Shown here piece by piece: positions 9,964 through 19,908 of a stretch of DNA of 64,000 bases (positions are counted from its first letter, which is position 1; every line of letters starts with the position of its first letter). Below the pieces are notes generated by a model, which saw only the letters and a program-made list of their open reading frames with translations, made no database searches and was not told the origin of the DNA. The DNA comes from a virus (taxonomy: Duplodnaviria > Heunggongvirae > Uroviricota > Caudoviricetes). Made by a program: the position numbers and the translations under genes. The DNA is taken from positions 89,614-153,613 of IMG/VR virus record IMGVR_UViG_3300031993_000018; one strand, given 5' to 3'.

Positions 9964-10022
9964 AAGTGATGAACAAAAGTTCATCACTTTTTTGTTATAT
10001 TTACTTTATAATACTTAAGGTT

Positions 10023-10337
10023 ATGACTGATAATGAACTGTTCCACTATATCTGTATGTATGTGACCGATGATGTCTTCACATTTGAGGAAAGGAGGAGT
10101 ATGAGTGTGGAGGATTTCCACCAGTATGTAAGAGAACACTTCATACCCATACCCAAATCAGAACTCATCACAGGTGTAATTTATGATGGATATTGCCGGA
10201 ACACCAACAGGGCAACATGGGATGGGGAGGAATTTCATTATAAAAGACATAAGTTCGGTACCACATTTGATGACACAATCAACCATTATGAAGATGATGA
10301 AGGTTATGATGTGTTTGTACCCATAAAGGAGATTTGA
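10023..10337 (+). CDS. Hypothetical protein
   Basis: ORF 9966..10337; ATG at 10023 lies after the terminator/TTTTGTTATATTTAC cassette. Confidence 0.4.
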   Translation: MTDNELFHYICMYVTDDVFTFEERRSMSVEDFHQYVREHFIPIPKSELITGVIYDGYCRNTNRATWDGEEFHYKRHKFGTTFDDTINHYEDDEGYDVFVPIKEI

Positions 10338-10338
10338 T

Positions 10339-10704
10339 ATGGAGAAATATAAAGCAAAAGGTTTGTATGGTGAAGGGGATGTTTATGTCCTCAAGACTAT
10401 GGAAGACTGGGATGAACTTGAAAGAATAAAGAGATCAAGATCCCCGGAATTTCCAAAATGGACTCCTGCCTTCTTTGACATCAAGGAGGATTTCCGTAAA
10501 TTCATTGGAAAGATTTGGCAGGATAAGGAGAAACTCAGGTACCTATATAATGGTGAACCGGTTTATGTCCAGTATAGAATAATTGCCATTGAAGATAACG
10601 ATCCAATGGCAGACTTCTATTGGGTAGTACAGAATGTAGATGATGACAGGGATATTAAGTATATCAATGTCCTTACACCAATCAGGAATGATATAATCTT
10701 TTAA
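10339..10704 (+). CDS. Hypothetical protein
   Basis: 121 aa ORF. Confidence 0.45.
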   Translation: MEKYKAKGLYGEGDVYVLKTMEDWDELERIKRSRSPEFPKWTPAFFDIKEDFRKFIGKIWQDKEKLRYLYNGEPVYVQYRIIAIEDNDPMADFYWVVQNVDDDRDIKYINVLTPIRNDIIF

Positions 10705-10708
10705 ACAT

Positions 10709-10867
10709 ATGGATACATTTAGATACAAGGTCATTAAGACTTCTACAGAATTGAGTGAAGCGAAACTCAACGAATTCGGCCGCAGAGGATTTGAACTTGT
10801 CAGTGTTGATTCTGATGAGTATGGTCACAGATATTATTTCAAAGTAAAGGTGGAGAACAATGGGTAA
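10709..10867 (+). CDS. Small hypothetical protein (52 aa, below ORF-track cutoff)
   Basis: Hand translation gives MDTFRYKVIKTSTELSEAKLNEFGRRGFELVSVDSDEYGHRYYFKVKVENNG. It overlaps the tdk start with an ATGGGTAA arrangement. Confidence 0.35.
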   Translation: MDTFRYKVIKTSTELSEAKLNEFGRRGFELVSVDSDEYGHRYYFKVKVENNG

Positions 10868-11429
10868 ACTGACATTCACTTATGCCTGTATGGGTGCCGG
10901 CAAAACAACCCAGATGCTCACAATGTTTGACCAATATAAGAGGAGAAAGAAGAAACCCATCATTGTCAAACCCTGTATAGATGTGAGGGAAGGTGTGTTC
11001 ACTGGTTGGGGTATCACAAAGTCACGAATTACGAAGAACGAGGAACCGACCTATTACTACAAGAATCTGAAAGAAGAGTTGGAGAAACTTGACTATGGTG
11101 TTCTCTTTGTGGATGAGGTACAGTTCCTATCCAGGGAAGATGTCCTGACACTCTGTGATGTATGTGACAAAAAGGATGTTGATGTGTTCTGTTTTGGACT
11201 CAAGACTGATGTGACTGGTAATCTCTTTGAAGGGAGCAGATACCTGTTGGCCCTGGCAGATAACCTCAATGAAATCCAGACTCCCTGTGAGATAGAAGGA
11301 TGTAACTGTAATGCAACCTGTCATATCAGATATATAAATGGTGTGAGGGATACAGATGGAAGAACTGTCGCAATAGAGACGGGAGATGTGACATATAAGG
11401 CAGTGTGTAGGAAACACTGGAAGTTATAA
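10860..11429 (+). CDS. tdk: Thymidine kinase (TK1 family)
   Basis: P-loop CMGAGKTT, Mg/dT site FVDEVQFL, lasso FGLKTD, and a C-terminal zinc ribbon C..C...C..HIRY...C. Confidence 0.85.
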   Translation: MGKLTFTYACMGAGKTTQMLTMFDQYKRRKKKPIIVKPCIDVREGVFTGWGITKSRITKNEEPTYYYKNLKEELEKLDYGVLFVDEVQFLSREDVLTLCDVCDKKDVDVFCFGLKTDVTGNLFEGSRYLLALADNLNEIQTPCEIEGCNCNATCHIRYINGVRDTDGRTVAIETGDVTYKAVCRKHWKL

Positions 11430-11724
11430 AATATGTGAAAAATATCATGAAAAGTGGAGATATACTCTCCACTTTTGTTATTTTTATAATGAAAAATTAT
11501 TGAGTTATGAAAATATATGGAATTAAATGCATCCAGTCTGAATGGGATGGATGCAATGGTTGTGAAACAGACAGTTATTTGTTGGACTATTTTTTCAGCA
11601 CAAGAGAAAAAGCAGAAGAAAATCTTTTAGAAGATGTACATAGTGCTGGGTACAGAAAAAGGTATGAGGTTGCTGAAATAGACCTTGACAGATATACTAC
11701 AAGACCTGAATACCGCAGAAAGAA

Positions 11725-12183
11725 ATGAAAGAATTGACAGAGACCGAAAAGCAGTATGTATGGTTACATGAGTTCTATGAACTTGAGGACAAAACCAAGT
11801 CAAGATCATATGATAACTATGATTCCAAGAGATCTGCTGTTGCCATATTAAAATGTACAGGTAAGATAAAGTATGGTCTTTATGAAGCAACTGTAATAGA
11901 CATAGTTTCAAAAGAGGAGTTCAGGGTTATGGGGACTCTGTCTGAATATACCCAGCAGTACAGGATAGGTCAGAAGATACAGTTGAGACAACACAGGGAA
12001 CAACCTACAAGAAGTTCCTTTTCAGACCACCATCACCACTTCTGGTATAATCCAGAACACAGGGACACCTTCCAGGGTGAGAGATATGAACTGTTGCAGT
12101 ATGAAGCACAGTGTATCAACTACAAGATAGATGATGTAACAAAATATACAACAATGGAATTGATTCCAGTTTCTAACAGATAA
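11725..12183 (+). CDS. Hypothetical protein
   Basis: 152 aa ORF. It is surrounded by many 40-75 aa ORFs (11507..11728, 12189..12380, 12393..12557, 12554..12739, 12741..12950, 12952..13155, 13262..13399, 13397..13567). Confidence 0.4.
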   Translation: MKELTETEKQYVWLHEFYELEDKTKSRSYDNYDSKRSAVAILKCTGKIKYGLYEATVIDIVSKEEFRVMGTLSEYTQQYRIGQKIQLRQHREQPTRSSFSDHHHHFWYNPEHRDTFQGERYELLQYEAQCINYKIDDVTKYTTMELIPVSNR

Positions 12184-13586
12184 ACATTATGTACATAGGA
12201 TTTAAACATTACAAGACATTTCAGTGGATTGAGGAAAAGACCTCTGATGAGTTACCAATTGTTCCAGACAAGGGAGATGTTGTCTGGTTAAAGGGTCATC
12301 AATACAAGGTCAAGTCTAAACTGTTCAACATCATTGATGGAAAGCATTCATTGATGTTCATATTTGTAAAAGAGGTATGAGTATGTGGGAATTAATATGT
12401 TTAGCATTATTTGTTGGAATTGCTACTCTTCTTGCATTTATAATTATATTTGGTATAGGTTATACTATCTATATTGGTATAGAATATTTCATTCACAGGA
12501 AGAAACTTATGAGGAAGTTAAGAGATGTTGATCTTGAACATTTTGATTGAGATATGATGACAAAGGAATTAGAAGAGTGGTTGAGGTATCACTGGAGAAG
12601 GGATAACCACCCCAAATATCAGAGATATTTTGAAGAGTGGATGGCAAATCTTCTGCCAACACAGATAGAGTATTTCAAGAAACAGATGTACAATGAGAAG
12701 AATGGAATCCTGGGTAAGACAATGACAAATAAGAAATGATATGAATAACAGTATAAAAGTGATAATAAGTCCTCTTGTCGGAACAAAGAATTACAGTATG
12801 CATGAAGGTAAGGAATTGGTTCTACCTTGTGTACCTCAAATTGGATCAGTCATTGAAATTGGCAGTGACAACCTTGAAGTCAAAAGAGTGTTTTATATAT
12901 ATAAAGAAGGTGAATATAAAGTTTATTTAAGTGTAACTGACTGGAATTAATATGACTAAATTTACATTAATCCCAATACACTGTAAGGTCCTCAGGATTT
13001 ATTATTCCAAGATGTGTTATAATGGATACTGTGATAAATCTGTTCTCAAAGATAAGGAATGGGTTGTGGGAAAATACTTTGTTGCTGAACATTCAAAGAC
13101 ACCAGGTCTTAAAGAGGGTGACAGTTTTATAATCAAAGAAATATATACTGATTGAGATATGGATAACAGTACATTAATCACTTTATTTATTTTTGGTGCA
13201 GGATTTCTTTTGGGGTTTTGGATTAGTGACAAGATGTCAAATAACAAAAGAAGAAATTAGTATGAAACTATTGAATGTATTTAAATGGATGTGGTATGAA
13301 CTCGGTATTATGGGAACCCTGATTGATGATTATGGAGATCCCGACGGAGCACAGAAACTCCGTATTGAACTATATAAAAAACAGGATGAACTAAAATGAA
13401 AATACTTTGTGTTATATTTTTGATTTACCTAATTGTAGGAACACTTGCGTTTATAGGTGGATCCATATATGCTATACTAACATATAAAAGAGATAAATCC
13501 AAAAAGAGTAATTATGGTTATCCATATCTGGGATTCAACAATCCCCTTATGGATGGGTTTGAATAATAGAATATAAAAAAGATATA

Positions 13587-14105
13587 ATGGAAAAGAAAGG
13601 TAATATGGATGAGTACATAGACAGACTCATCAGGGAACTTCCAGGTGTCCATACCTATGAGTATGGTCAGAGTTGGCACAAGGGTACATATGAAGGTTTG
13701 GCTGCCTTTGCCAAACTTCTTATAGAATATGGTATTGAACTTGGTCACACAGAAGCAGATGTGGAATCCAAAATGACAAGTATATACAGCAAACCTCTGG
13801 ATGAGGCTGCAAGAAAATATGAGGATTATTATGATGCATGTGATGAGACACCATACCTGTACTGTATGAGAGGTGATATGGAACAGGCATACAAGGCCGG
13901 TGCAGAATGGCAGAGAATCCATGACATAGAGGGAAGAGGTGTTGATATAGAGTCAGGTAAGGAGATTATGAAGATGGAGTTGATGAAGGATGCAAAAGAA
14001 TGTACTGTTTTCATCAGTGATGGAAAGAAAGTTATCAACCCTGGTAATATAGAGGTTGATGCAGATTTTGGTGATAAAGTTAAACTTGTAATTATAAAGG
14101 AGTGA
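13587..14105 (+). CDS. Hypothetical protein, paralog family A (conserved GA.WQ block and C-terminal GDKVKLVIIKE)
   Basis: Shares internal AGAEWQRI and C-terminal FGDKVKLVIIKE with 14110..14823 and 20464..21282. Confidence 0.5.
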   Translation: MEKKGNMDEYIDRLIRELPGVHTYEYGQSWHKGTYEGLAAFAKLLIEYGIELGHTEADVESKMTSIYSKPLDEAARKYEDYYDACDETPYLYCMRGDMEQAYKAGAEWQRIHDIEGRGVDIESGKEIMKMELMKDAKECTVFISDGKKVINPGNIEVDADFGDKVKLVIIKE

Positions 14106-14109
14106 GATT

Positions 14110-14823
14110 ATGATTGATGATAAGGATATAGAACAGTTAGTTCAGGATTATATTGGTGATGATGATATTGGGGATGATTTAGGAGATATCCTTGATGGAT
14201 TTGGCAGATACTTGCGTGACAAGATATTATCAAAGGGGGCATATGAAGGAGATGACCTGGAAAGGGCAGCAGAGAAATATGAACACAACAGAGCCTATGA
14301 GAATGAGATGGAGAGGTATGCCAATTACCTTGAAGGTCTTGAAGAAGATGAAACCCCAAGAATGAAAGAACCATCACCAGATACAGAGTATATATTAAAT
14401 GCTGATATGATTGATTCTTTTATAGCTGGTGCCCAATGGATGGAATCAAAGATGATAGGAGATTACAGATGGATGACTCCTCACAAGACCAAGATAATCC
14501 AGAAGTCCTGGTATCTGGAAGGATGGCATGACCACAAATATAACCAGAAACCCCAGTTTGAACCTGGTCCGGACTTGGAACAGAAATACCGACCCTGTCA
14601 TATGACTGGTGATGAAGTACAGGAACTGTGTAACAGGAACTATGAGAATGGTAAAAAGGATAAGGAGGAGGAGATAATGAAAGATGCCATTCATTGTAAA
14701 GTGTTCTGGCATGATGGTCCACTGTTAGATTATACCCAGGAACAACAGGATGATGCTCTTGAAAAGATAGGAGCAGAAGTCGGTGACAAGGTGAAACTTA
14801 TAATTGTTAAAGACAATGAGTGA
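14110..14823 (+). CDS. Hypothetical acidic protein, paralog family A
   Basis: AGAQWMESK block and C-terminal VGDKVKLIIVKDNE; Asp-rich N-terminus. Confidence 0.5.
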   Translation: MIDDKDIEQLVQDYIGDDDIGDDLGDILDGFGRYLRDKILSKGAYEGDDLERAAEKYEHNRAYENEMERYANYLEGLEEDETPRMKEPSPDTEYILNADMIDSFIAGAQWMESKMIGDYRWMTPHKTKIIQKSWYLEGWHDHKYNQKPQFEPGPDLEQKYRPCHMTGDEVQELCNRNYENGKKDKEEEIMKDAIHCKVFWHDGPLLDYTQEQQDDALEKIGAEVGDKVKLIIVKDNE

Positions 14824-15373
14824 TTCCAAATCCCTACATTACCAACTTTGTCTGGAAGGTGCCAAGTGGTTACATAGGAAAAAGAATGACTACAAGAAGT
14901 GCCCAAATAAAGACTGTCACTTGAAGTTCTGCCGGAACTGTGAGACTTACGATTACGTTGCGGTGGAACTCTGTGTATATGGTGCAGAGAACACTGATGT
15001 ATGGGGTTACTCATGTGGAAGTCATACCAGTGCAGTCATTGAAGTAAAGACATCTCATTCCGATTTTCTGGCAGATCAGAAGAAATGGTGGAGAAGTAAG
15101 GAAGCAGAGAATGGTGGGTTCCAGGCTGGACAAAGGAGATGGTATCTATGTCCGGAAGGTGTCATCAAACCTGATGAACTTCCCGAGGGTTGGGGACTTC
15201 TTTACTGGGATGGCAAGAAGGTATATCATGTGGTGAATCCTGTTATGACAGACAGGAAAACATCCAGGGCAGATATGATAATGCTGACATCTATATTGAG
15301 GCGAGAGAATTTCCCCAAGAAGATTTACAACTACAGATACACTAATCCAAATTTCCAAAATGATTTGGAATAA
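14804..15373 (+). CDS. Hypothetical protein, possible PD-(D/E)xK nuclease fold
   Basis: An ordered VAVEL ... TDVWGY ... AVIEVKTS pattern resembles the E / D / ExK motif series. Confidence 0.3.
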   Translation: MLKTMSDSKSLHYQLCLEGAKWLHRKKNDYKKCPNKDCHLKFCRNCETYDYVAVELCVYGAENTDVWGYSCGSHTSAVIEVKTSHSDFLADQKKWWRSKEAENGGFQAGQRRWYLCPEGVIKPDELPEGWGLLYWDGKKVYHVVNPVMTDRKTSRADMIMLTSILRRENFPKKIYNYRYTNPNFQNDLE

Positions 15374-15506
15374 CAAGAAAAAATCATTATCTTTGTAATG
15401 GAGAAATAATGTTTAAGAATATGTGGATAGTATTATTACTGTTGATTGGATTGATAGCTTGCCTTTGGAAAGGTGAAGGTAGTAAGTAATTTTAAAAAAT
15501 ATAATT

Positions 15507-15722
15507 ATGGCTTGGTATTGGATTGTAGCAATTATCATTGGCTACTTTATTTTTGGTAGCACCCTTACAGCTCTTGCAGTAAGATTTGACATTGTTGAAG
15601 ACAATGAGGAAGCTGGCTTCTGTATTGTGTTCTGGCCAGTTTACACACCGGTGAGATTTATATTCTGGTTGTGCGCAACTATCTATTGTGAAATTGCATT
15701 CCCAAAAAACAAAAGAAAATGA
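15507..15722 (+). CDS. Small membrane protein (MAWY family paralog 1)
   Basis: MAWYWIVAIIIGYFIFG; two TM segments; paralog of 16813..17004. Confidence 0.4.
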   Translation: MAWYWIVAIIIGYFIFGSTLTALAVRFDIVEDNEEAGFCIVFWPVYTPVRFIFWLCATIYCEIAFPKNKRK

Positions 15723-15952
15723 AAAGAATTGATTTTAGAGTTCTGTTGAAGTCAATAGGACTGTTTATTCTGGTGATTGGAGCAATCATAGGATTTTGCT
15801 TTTTTACAACTTTTTATCCTGTGGCGGGGTGTTGTATTTTCATTATATGTGTATCAGTAGTTTGTATCTGGTGTATATATGATATAGTACTTGATTCTGA
15901 ACGTCGTATAAAAAACCACACCAAGGATCCTGGATCAATGTAAATTAAAGTT

Positions 15953-16270
15953 ATGAAAGTAAAAGTAATTAAAACAGGAGAAATCATAGATGTCGAGTGT
16001 TTATACTCCACTGTATATTCAAGATTGGACGGTAATGGTAAAATCTTTGAAGAATACTATGATGATGAGATTGAAATTCTCCATGACGGTGAAGAAACAC
16101 TTGGCGCACGTTTAAGAAACCTTCTCACACCTTACAAGAACCTTATCCAGTTGAATAAGGATGGTAGGGATGTCAGTGGTTATCTTGAGGATGTGGAGAA
16201 AAACTTCAAAGACTTGTTGGAGTTTTCTGAATTATGGACAATGGAAAACCACTACTTAAAGAAAAAGTGA
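15953..16270 (+). CDS. Hypothetical protein
   Basis: 105 aa ORF. Confidence 0.4.
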   Translation: MKVKVIKTGEIIDVECLYSTVYSRLDGNGKIFEEYYDDEIEILHDGEETLGARLRNLLTPYKNLIQLNKDGRDVSGYLEDVEKNFKDLLEFSELWTMENHYLKKK

Positions 16271-16812
16271 TATGACCAGCACAGAAGAAAGATGGGCAGC
16301 AAAGGCAAAGGATGCTGAACAGAATCTATATGACCTTATTCCCAGGTTCAAGGGTGCTCATGGCAGGTATCTTGCAGAACGTGACTTCTATTCATTGAGA
16401 AACCTGGCAATGATGGCAGAAAATGTCAAACGGGATTGTATTGACATAATGAGAACATTCAGGGGTCCTGATGTTGAAGAGGAAATAAGAAAATTAGAAA
16501 ACTATGACTAATTTCTTTATAAATGGCGTGGTCATAAAGGCGGAGACCGAACAAAAGGCATTGGAAAGATATGCCCGGGAGTATGGTCACCACTATGAGG
16601 AATATGAAGATGAACTTTATGAAGATGAGATATGAGAAAAGAAGACATTGTAATTGGTAAGAAGGTTTATTACCATCCTATCATTGGTGGATCTGAAAAG
16701 AAGGAGGCTACTATCACCAGTGAAGTGTTTGTAATTGGAGGTACAGATTGTTGTATGGTTGACACTGTATCCGGTTGTGTTGCTATTGAGGCATTAAGTA
16801 AAAGAGAATAAT

Positions 16813-17004
16813 ATGGCGTGGTATTTTATAGTTTTAATTGTTCTGGGATATTTTATTATTGGTGGTATTACCGCAGGATTATACAAAAGATATTTTGAAC
16901 AACCAGTAGTTGGTGATTTAACTATGGTCATAGGTTTTTTATGGCCTATATTTATAATACCAATGTTTATAGTAATTATTTCTGACTGGGTATCAAATAT
17001 ATAA
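16813..17004 (+). CDS. Small membrane protein (MAWY family paralog 2)
   Basis: MAWYFIVLIVLGYFIIGG, homologous to 15507..15722. Confidence 0.4.
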   Translation: MAWYFIVLIVLGYFIIGGITAGLYKRYFEQPVVGDLTMVIGFLWPIFIIPMFIVIISDWVSNI

Positions 17005-17007
17005 ACC

Positions 17008-17289
17008 ATGAACATAACAAAGGGGAAACTGAAGGTTGAATGGAATGATACCCACACATGGAAGGTCACCAAGAGATACAATAAAGAAGGAAAGGTGATT
17101 GCTATGAAGTTTATGGGCGAGTGGTATTACCCCAGAAAGGATTACAGTGGAAGAGATTGGATGTATGGAAGCTGGTATATCGCCAGTGATGTCTGTGACA
17201 ACTGTGCCCTTGAAAAATATTGTAAAGGAGATAATCCAATCTGGAATGCATGTAATGGTGCAGATCAATCAGAAATAAATTGGCATTAA
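17008..17289 (+). CDS. Hypothetical Cys-containing protein
   Basis: 93 aa ORF with a CDNCALEKYC...C motif. Confidence 0.35.
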   Translation: MNITKGKLKVEWNDTHTWKVTKRYNKEGKVIAMKFMGEWYYPRKDYSGRDWMYGSWYIASDVCDNCALEKYCKGDNPIWNACNGADQSEINWH

Positions 17290-17292
17290 GAT

Positions 17293-17874
17293 ATGAATAT
17301 TGAAATTTCACAAGAGGATTATGAATTCCTGAAGGAGTTACAGCATGAACTGAACACTCAGGAGAATGATGGAAATGCTGACCCTGTATTCTGGGGTGTG
17401 GAAGAGACTGTTGAAGAGTGCAGAGGTGGTGATGGTGAATATGGTGGAGACCCATATATTCATTATGATGATGGTGACTGGACACTTGAAGAGGCAATTG
17501 AAGAGGTTGAGAATGCATTCAAGGATGAGGACAACTATGGTCCATATGATGAAGATACCCGTGAAGCATGGAAGGAGGTTGACAAGACCTGCGCAGAGGA
17601 TGTCTATGATTTTATGACAGAAGAACTTGGATGGAATTTTGTCTATGGTGTTGTTTATGTTGAAAAGGTACCGAGGGTGACTCCCTATACTGGAGCATTC
17701 ATCACCAAGAGGGCTTGTAAAAACTATATTGAGAGATTTGGTTACAATCACAACAATCCTCACACATATGCTATGACAGCATACAGGAACTTTGAGTTGG
17801 CAAGACTGATAAAGATTCTCAAGACTATGAACTTTAAAGATTCAGACAATGGGGGAAAAGAAGCAGATGCATGA
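17293..17874 (+). CDS. Hypothetical acidic protein
   Basis: 193 aa ORF, strongly D/E-rich in the N-terminal half. Confidence 0.45.
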   Translation: MNIEISQEDYEFLKELQHELNTQENDGNADPVFWGVEETVEECRGGDGEYGGDPYIHYDDGDWTLEEAIEEVENAFKDEDNYGPYDEDTREAWKEVDKTCAEDVYDFMTEELGWNFVYGVVYVEKVPRVTPYTGAFITKRACKNYIERFGYNHNNPHTYAMTAYRNFELARLIKILKTMNFKDSDNGGKEADA

Positions 17875-18039
17875 ATGGGAGATATATGAGAAAGACCTCC
17901 CCTGGTGGTTTTTCCTCATTCACCCCGGTGATGCTATTGTGTTCCAACACTATGGTTCAGTATGTTATGGTGGATACACTATTGAAGATGTCCCAAAGGA
18001 GTACAGGAAACATGCAAGAAAAATAATTCAGATAAAGTA

Positions 18040-18933
18040 ATGACAAAGAAAGCGGAATATATCGGTGATAACCATCCTCAGGTCTATGGATTTGAGGTTG
18101 GTCATATCTATTTATACAGAGACTTTGGTAGAGGGGTTGAAGTCTATTACTCCAAAGAGGGTGGTACTTCCCTGGCAATGGGTTACAATATGTTCAATGC
18201 CTGCTTCAGGGGTGTGGAAGATAAAGTGTTCAAGAAGGAGGGTAGACTCCAGCACATCACTTTCACAGGTATTGATTGGAAGACTGACTTGAATGAACTG
18301 TCAGAAATCCAGAAGCAGTATCCCTATGTGGAATGGGGAGTACTTGTATCAAAAAATTGGAAGACCAATGGTAACAGGTATTTCAACCCCTCATTCATAG
18401 AAGCACTTGACAGTAACCTCAACCTATCTGCACATATGTGTGGAAGGATTGCAAGGGAAGCAGTCAGAGGAAACCTGAATCCATTCCTGGATTGGGTAAA
18501 TGGATATGGTTACATCTTCAAGAGATGTCAACTCAACATATCAGGAAGTGAGACCAACCCAGAGAAGTTTGAATACAAGGGTGATTTGTCAGATTACTTT
18601 GATGAAGTCATACTTCAACAGAAGGGAGTCAATAACTGTGACCTGTTTATGAAGAGCAAGGGAAACAGACATGTGTCCATACTCCTGGATGCATCCGGTG
18701 GAAATGGAATCAACACTGACATTGAACTCCTCAATGTCAGGTCAAAGGTTGGTTATGCTGGAGGTATCAATGCCGACAATGTGGCAGAGAAACTAACATA
18801 TCTTGAAGAGAACTGCAAGACTCCATATTGGATTGATATGGAAGCAGGTGTAAGAACCAATGACTGGTTTGACACAGAGAAGGTGAGAAAGGTTCTGGAG
18901 ATTTGTGATGGTATAATCAATAAAAAGAAATGA
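18040..18933 (+). CDS. Hypothetical protein, possibly a (beta/alpha)8 barrel with C-terminal GGI..DN phosphate-binding motif
   Basis: 297 aa ORF. The C-terminal YAGGINADNVAEKL resembles the terminal phosphate-binding loop of ribulose-phosphate-binding barrels such as ThiE/TrpF. Weak. Confidence 0.45.
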   Translation: MTKKAEYIGDNHPQVYGFEVGHIYLYRDFGRGVEVYYSKEGGTSLAMGYNMFNACFRGVEDKVFKKEGRLQHITFTGIDWKTDLNELSEIQKQYPYVEWGVLVSKNWKTNGNRYFNPSFIEALDSNLNLSAHMCGRIAREAVRGNLNPFLDWVNGYGYIFKRCQLNISGSETNPEKFEYKGDLSDYFDEVILQQKGVNNCDLFMKSKGNRHVSILLDASGGNGINTDIELLNVRSKVGYAGGINADNVAEKLTYLEENCKTPYWIDMEAGVRTNDWFDTEKVRKVLEICDGIINKKK

Positions 18934-18934
18934 C

Positions 18935-19396
18935 ATGGATCCAAATGATGTAAAACGTGGAGACTGGGTATTCTCCAATACTATGAACCAACCCTGTAAG
19001 GTACTGGGAATCATCCCGGAGGAGACAGAGGAGGGTGAGAAAATTGTGTTCAAACTCACAAATGGTACATCAACATTCCTTGTCTATAACACAAGTGTGG
19101 ATCCTCTTGACATAAGTGATGACTTCCTTTTAAAGAATGATTTCCAACCAATCAAAGGTGTAGACAACAATACCATAAAATATATTTTGATTGAAGATGG
19201 AAGAAGAGAAGGATGTGTTATAGAGATTACTCCTTACAATCCTCCTCATATGGGTGTGAAATTCCTGGTCTCAATCCACACAGAATCAACACACGATAAT
19301 GGTGTAAACAGGATACACAATTGTGATATTGAGTATGTACACCAACTTCAGCATGCATTTAAGATTTGTAAAATTAAAAAAGATTTTATTGTATGA
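18935..19396 (+). CDS. Hypothetical protein
   Basis: 153 aa ORF. Confidence 0.45.
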   Translation: MDPNDVKRGDWVFSNTMNQPCKVLGIIPEETEEGEKIVFKLTNGTSTFLVYNTSVDPLDISDDFLLKNDFQPIKGVDNNTIKYILIEDGRREGCVIEITPYNPPHMGVKFLVSIHTESTHDNGVNRIHNCDIEYVHQLQHAFKICKIKKDFIV

Positions 19397-19908
19397 AAGC
19401 ATTTTACTTTGGTGGTCAGTTCAGGTTCAGATACAAGGACTGTAATCCTGATTTACTGGCAAAGGATTACCGGTCACTCCTACTTGGAGACAAGAAGGAT
19501 ATATGGATTAACAGACCTGAATGGGGATATGTGGAAATCAATGATAGTGTATTATATAATGGTCCATTCTACTTCTATGACCAGATTGATTCAGAGACTG
19601 TTGTCAAGGTTGAATCAGAAAGTATAAGTGGTTCAACTGACTGTGTGTTTGTGTTGAGTAATGATGATGCACCTGGAACAGTCACAGAGATAATCCAGGC
19701 AACAATGTTAAAGAAGAATGTGTACATATTCTTTGAGAAGAAAGATTTGCCAAAGGAAGAGGTGGATACCAAATATCCTTCAAACCTTTGGTATGTAATA
19801 ACATTTGCCTGTATGAATAATAACCCCAATGTCAAATACTGTATGGGATTTGATACGTATGATGATGCAGTTAAAGCATGTGTTAACTATTTCAAAGGAG
19901 TATTATGA
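19393..19908 (+). CDS. Nucleoside 2-deoxyribosyltransferase-like protein
   Basis: N-terminal FYFGGQF resembles Lactobacillus NDT (IYFGAGWF). Acidic block DDAPGTVTEIIQA sits at the position of the catalytic-Glu motif DxGxxxExG. Confidence 0.4.
   Translation: MKAFYFGGQFRFRYKDCNPDLLAKDYRSLLLGDKKDIWINRPEWGYVEINDSVLYNGPFYFYDQIDSETVVKVESESISGSTDCVFVLSNDDAPGTVTEIIQATMLKKNVYIFFEKKDLPKEEVDTKYPSNLWYVITFACMNNNPNVKYCMGFDTYDDAVKACVNYFKGVL

Noticed and set aside
18065-18292. 75-aa ORF in an alternate frame at the start of 18040..18933
   Set aside because: It overlaps the longer 297-aa ORF, which has the better-supported reading frame.
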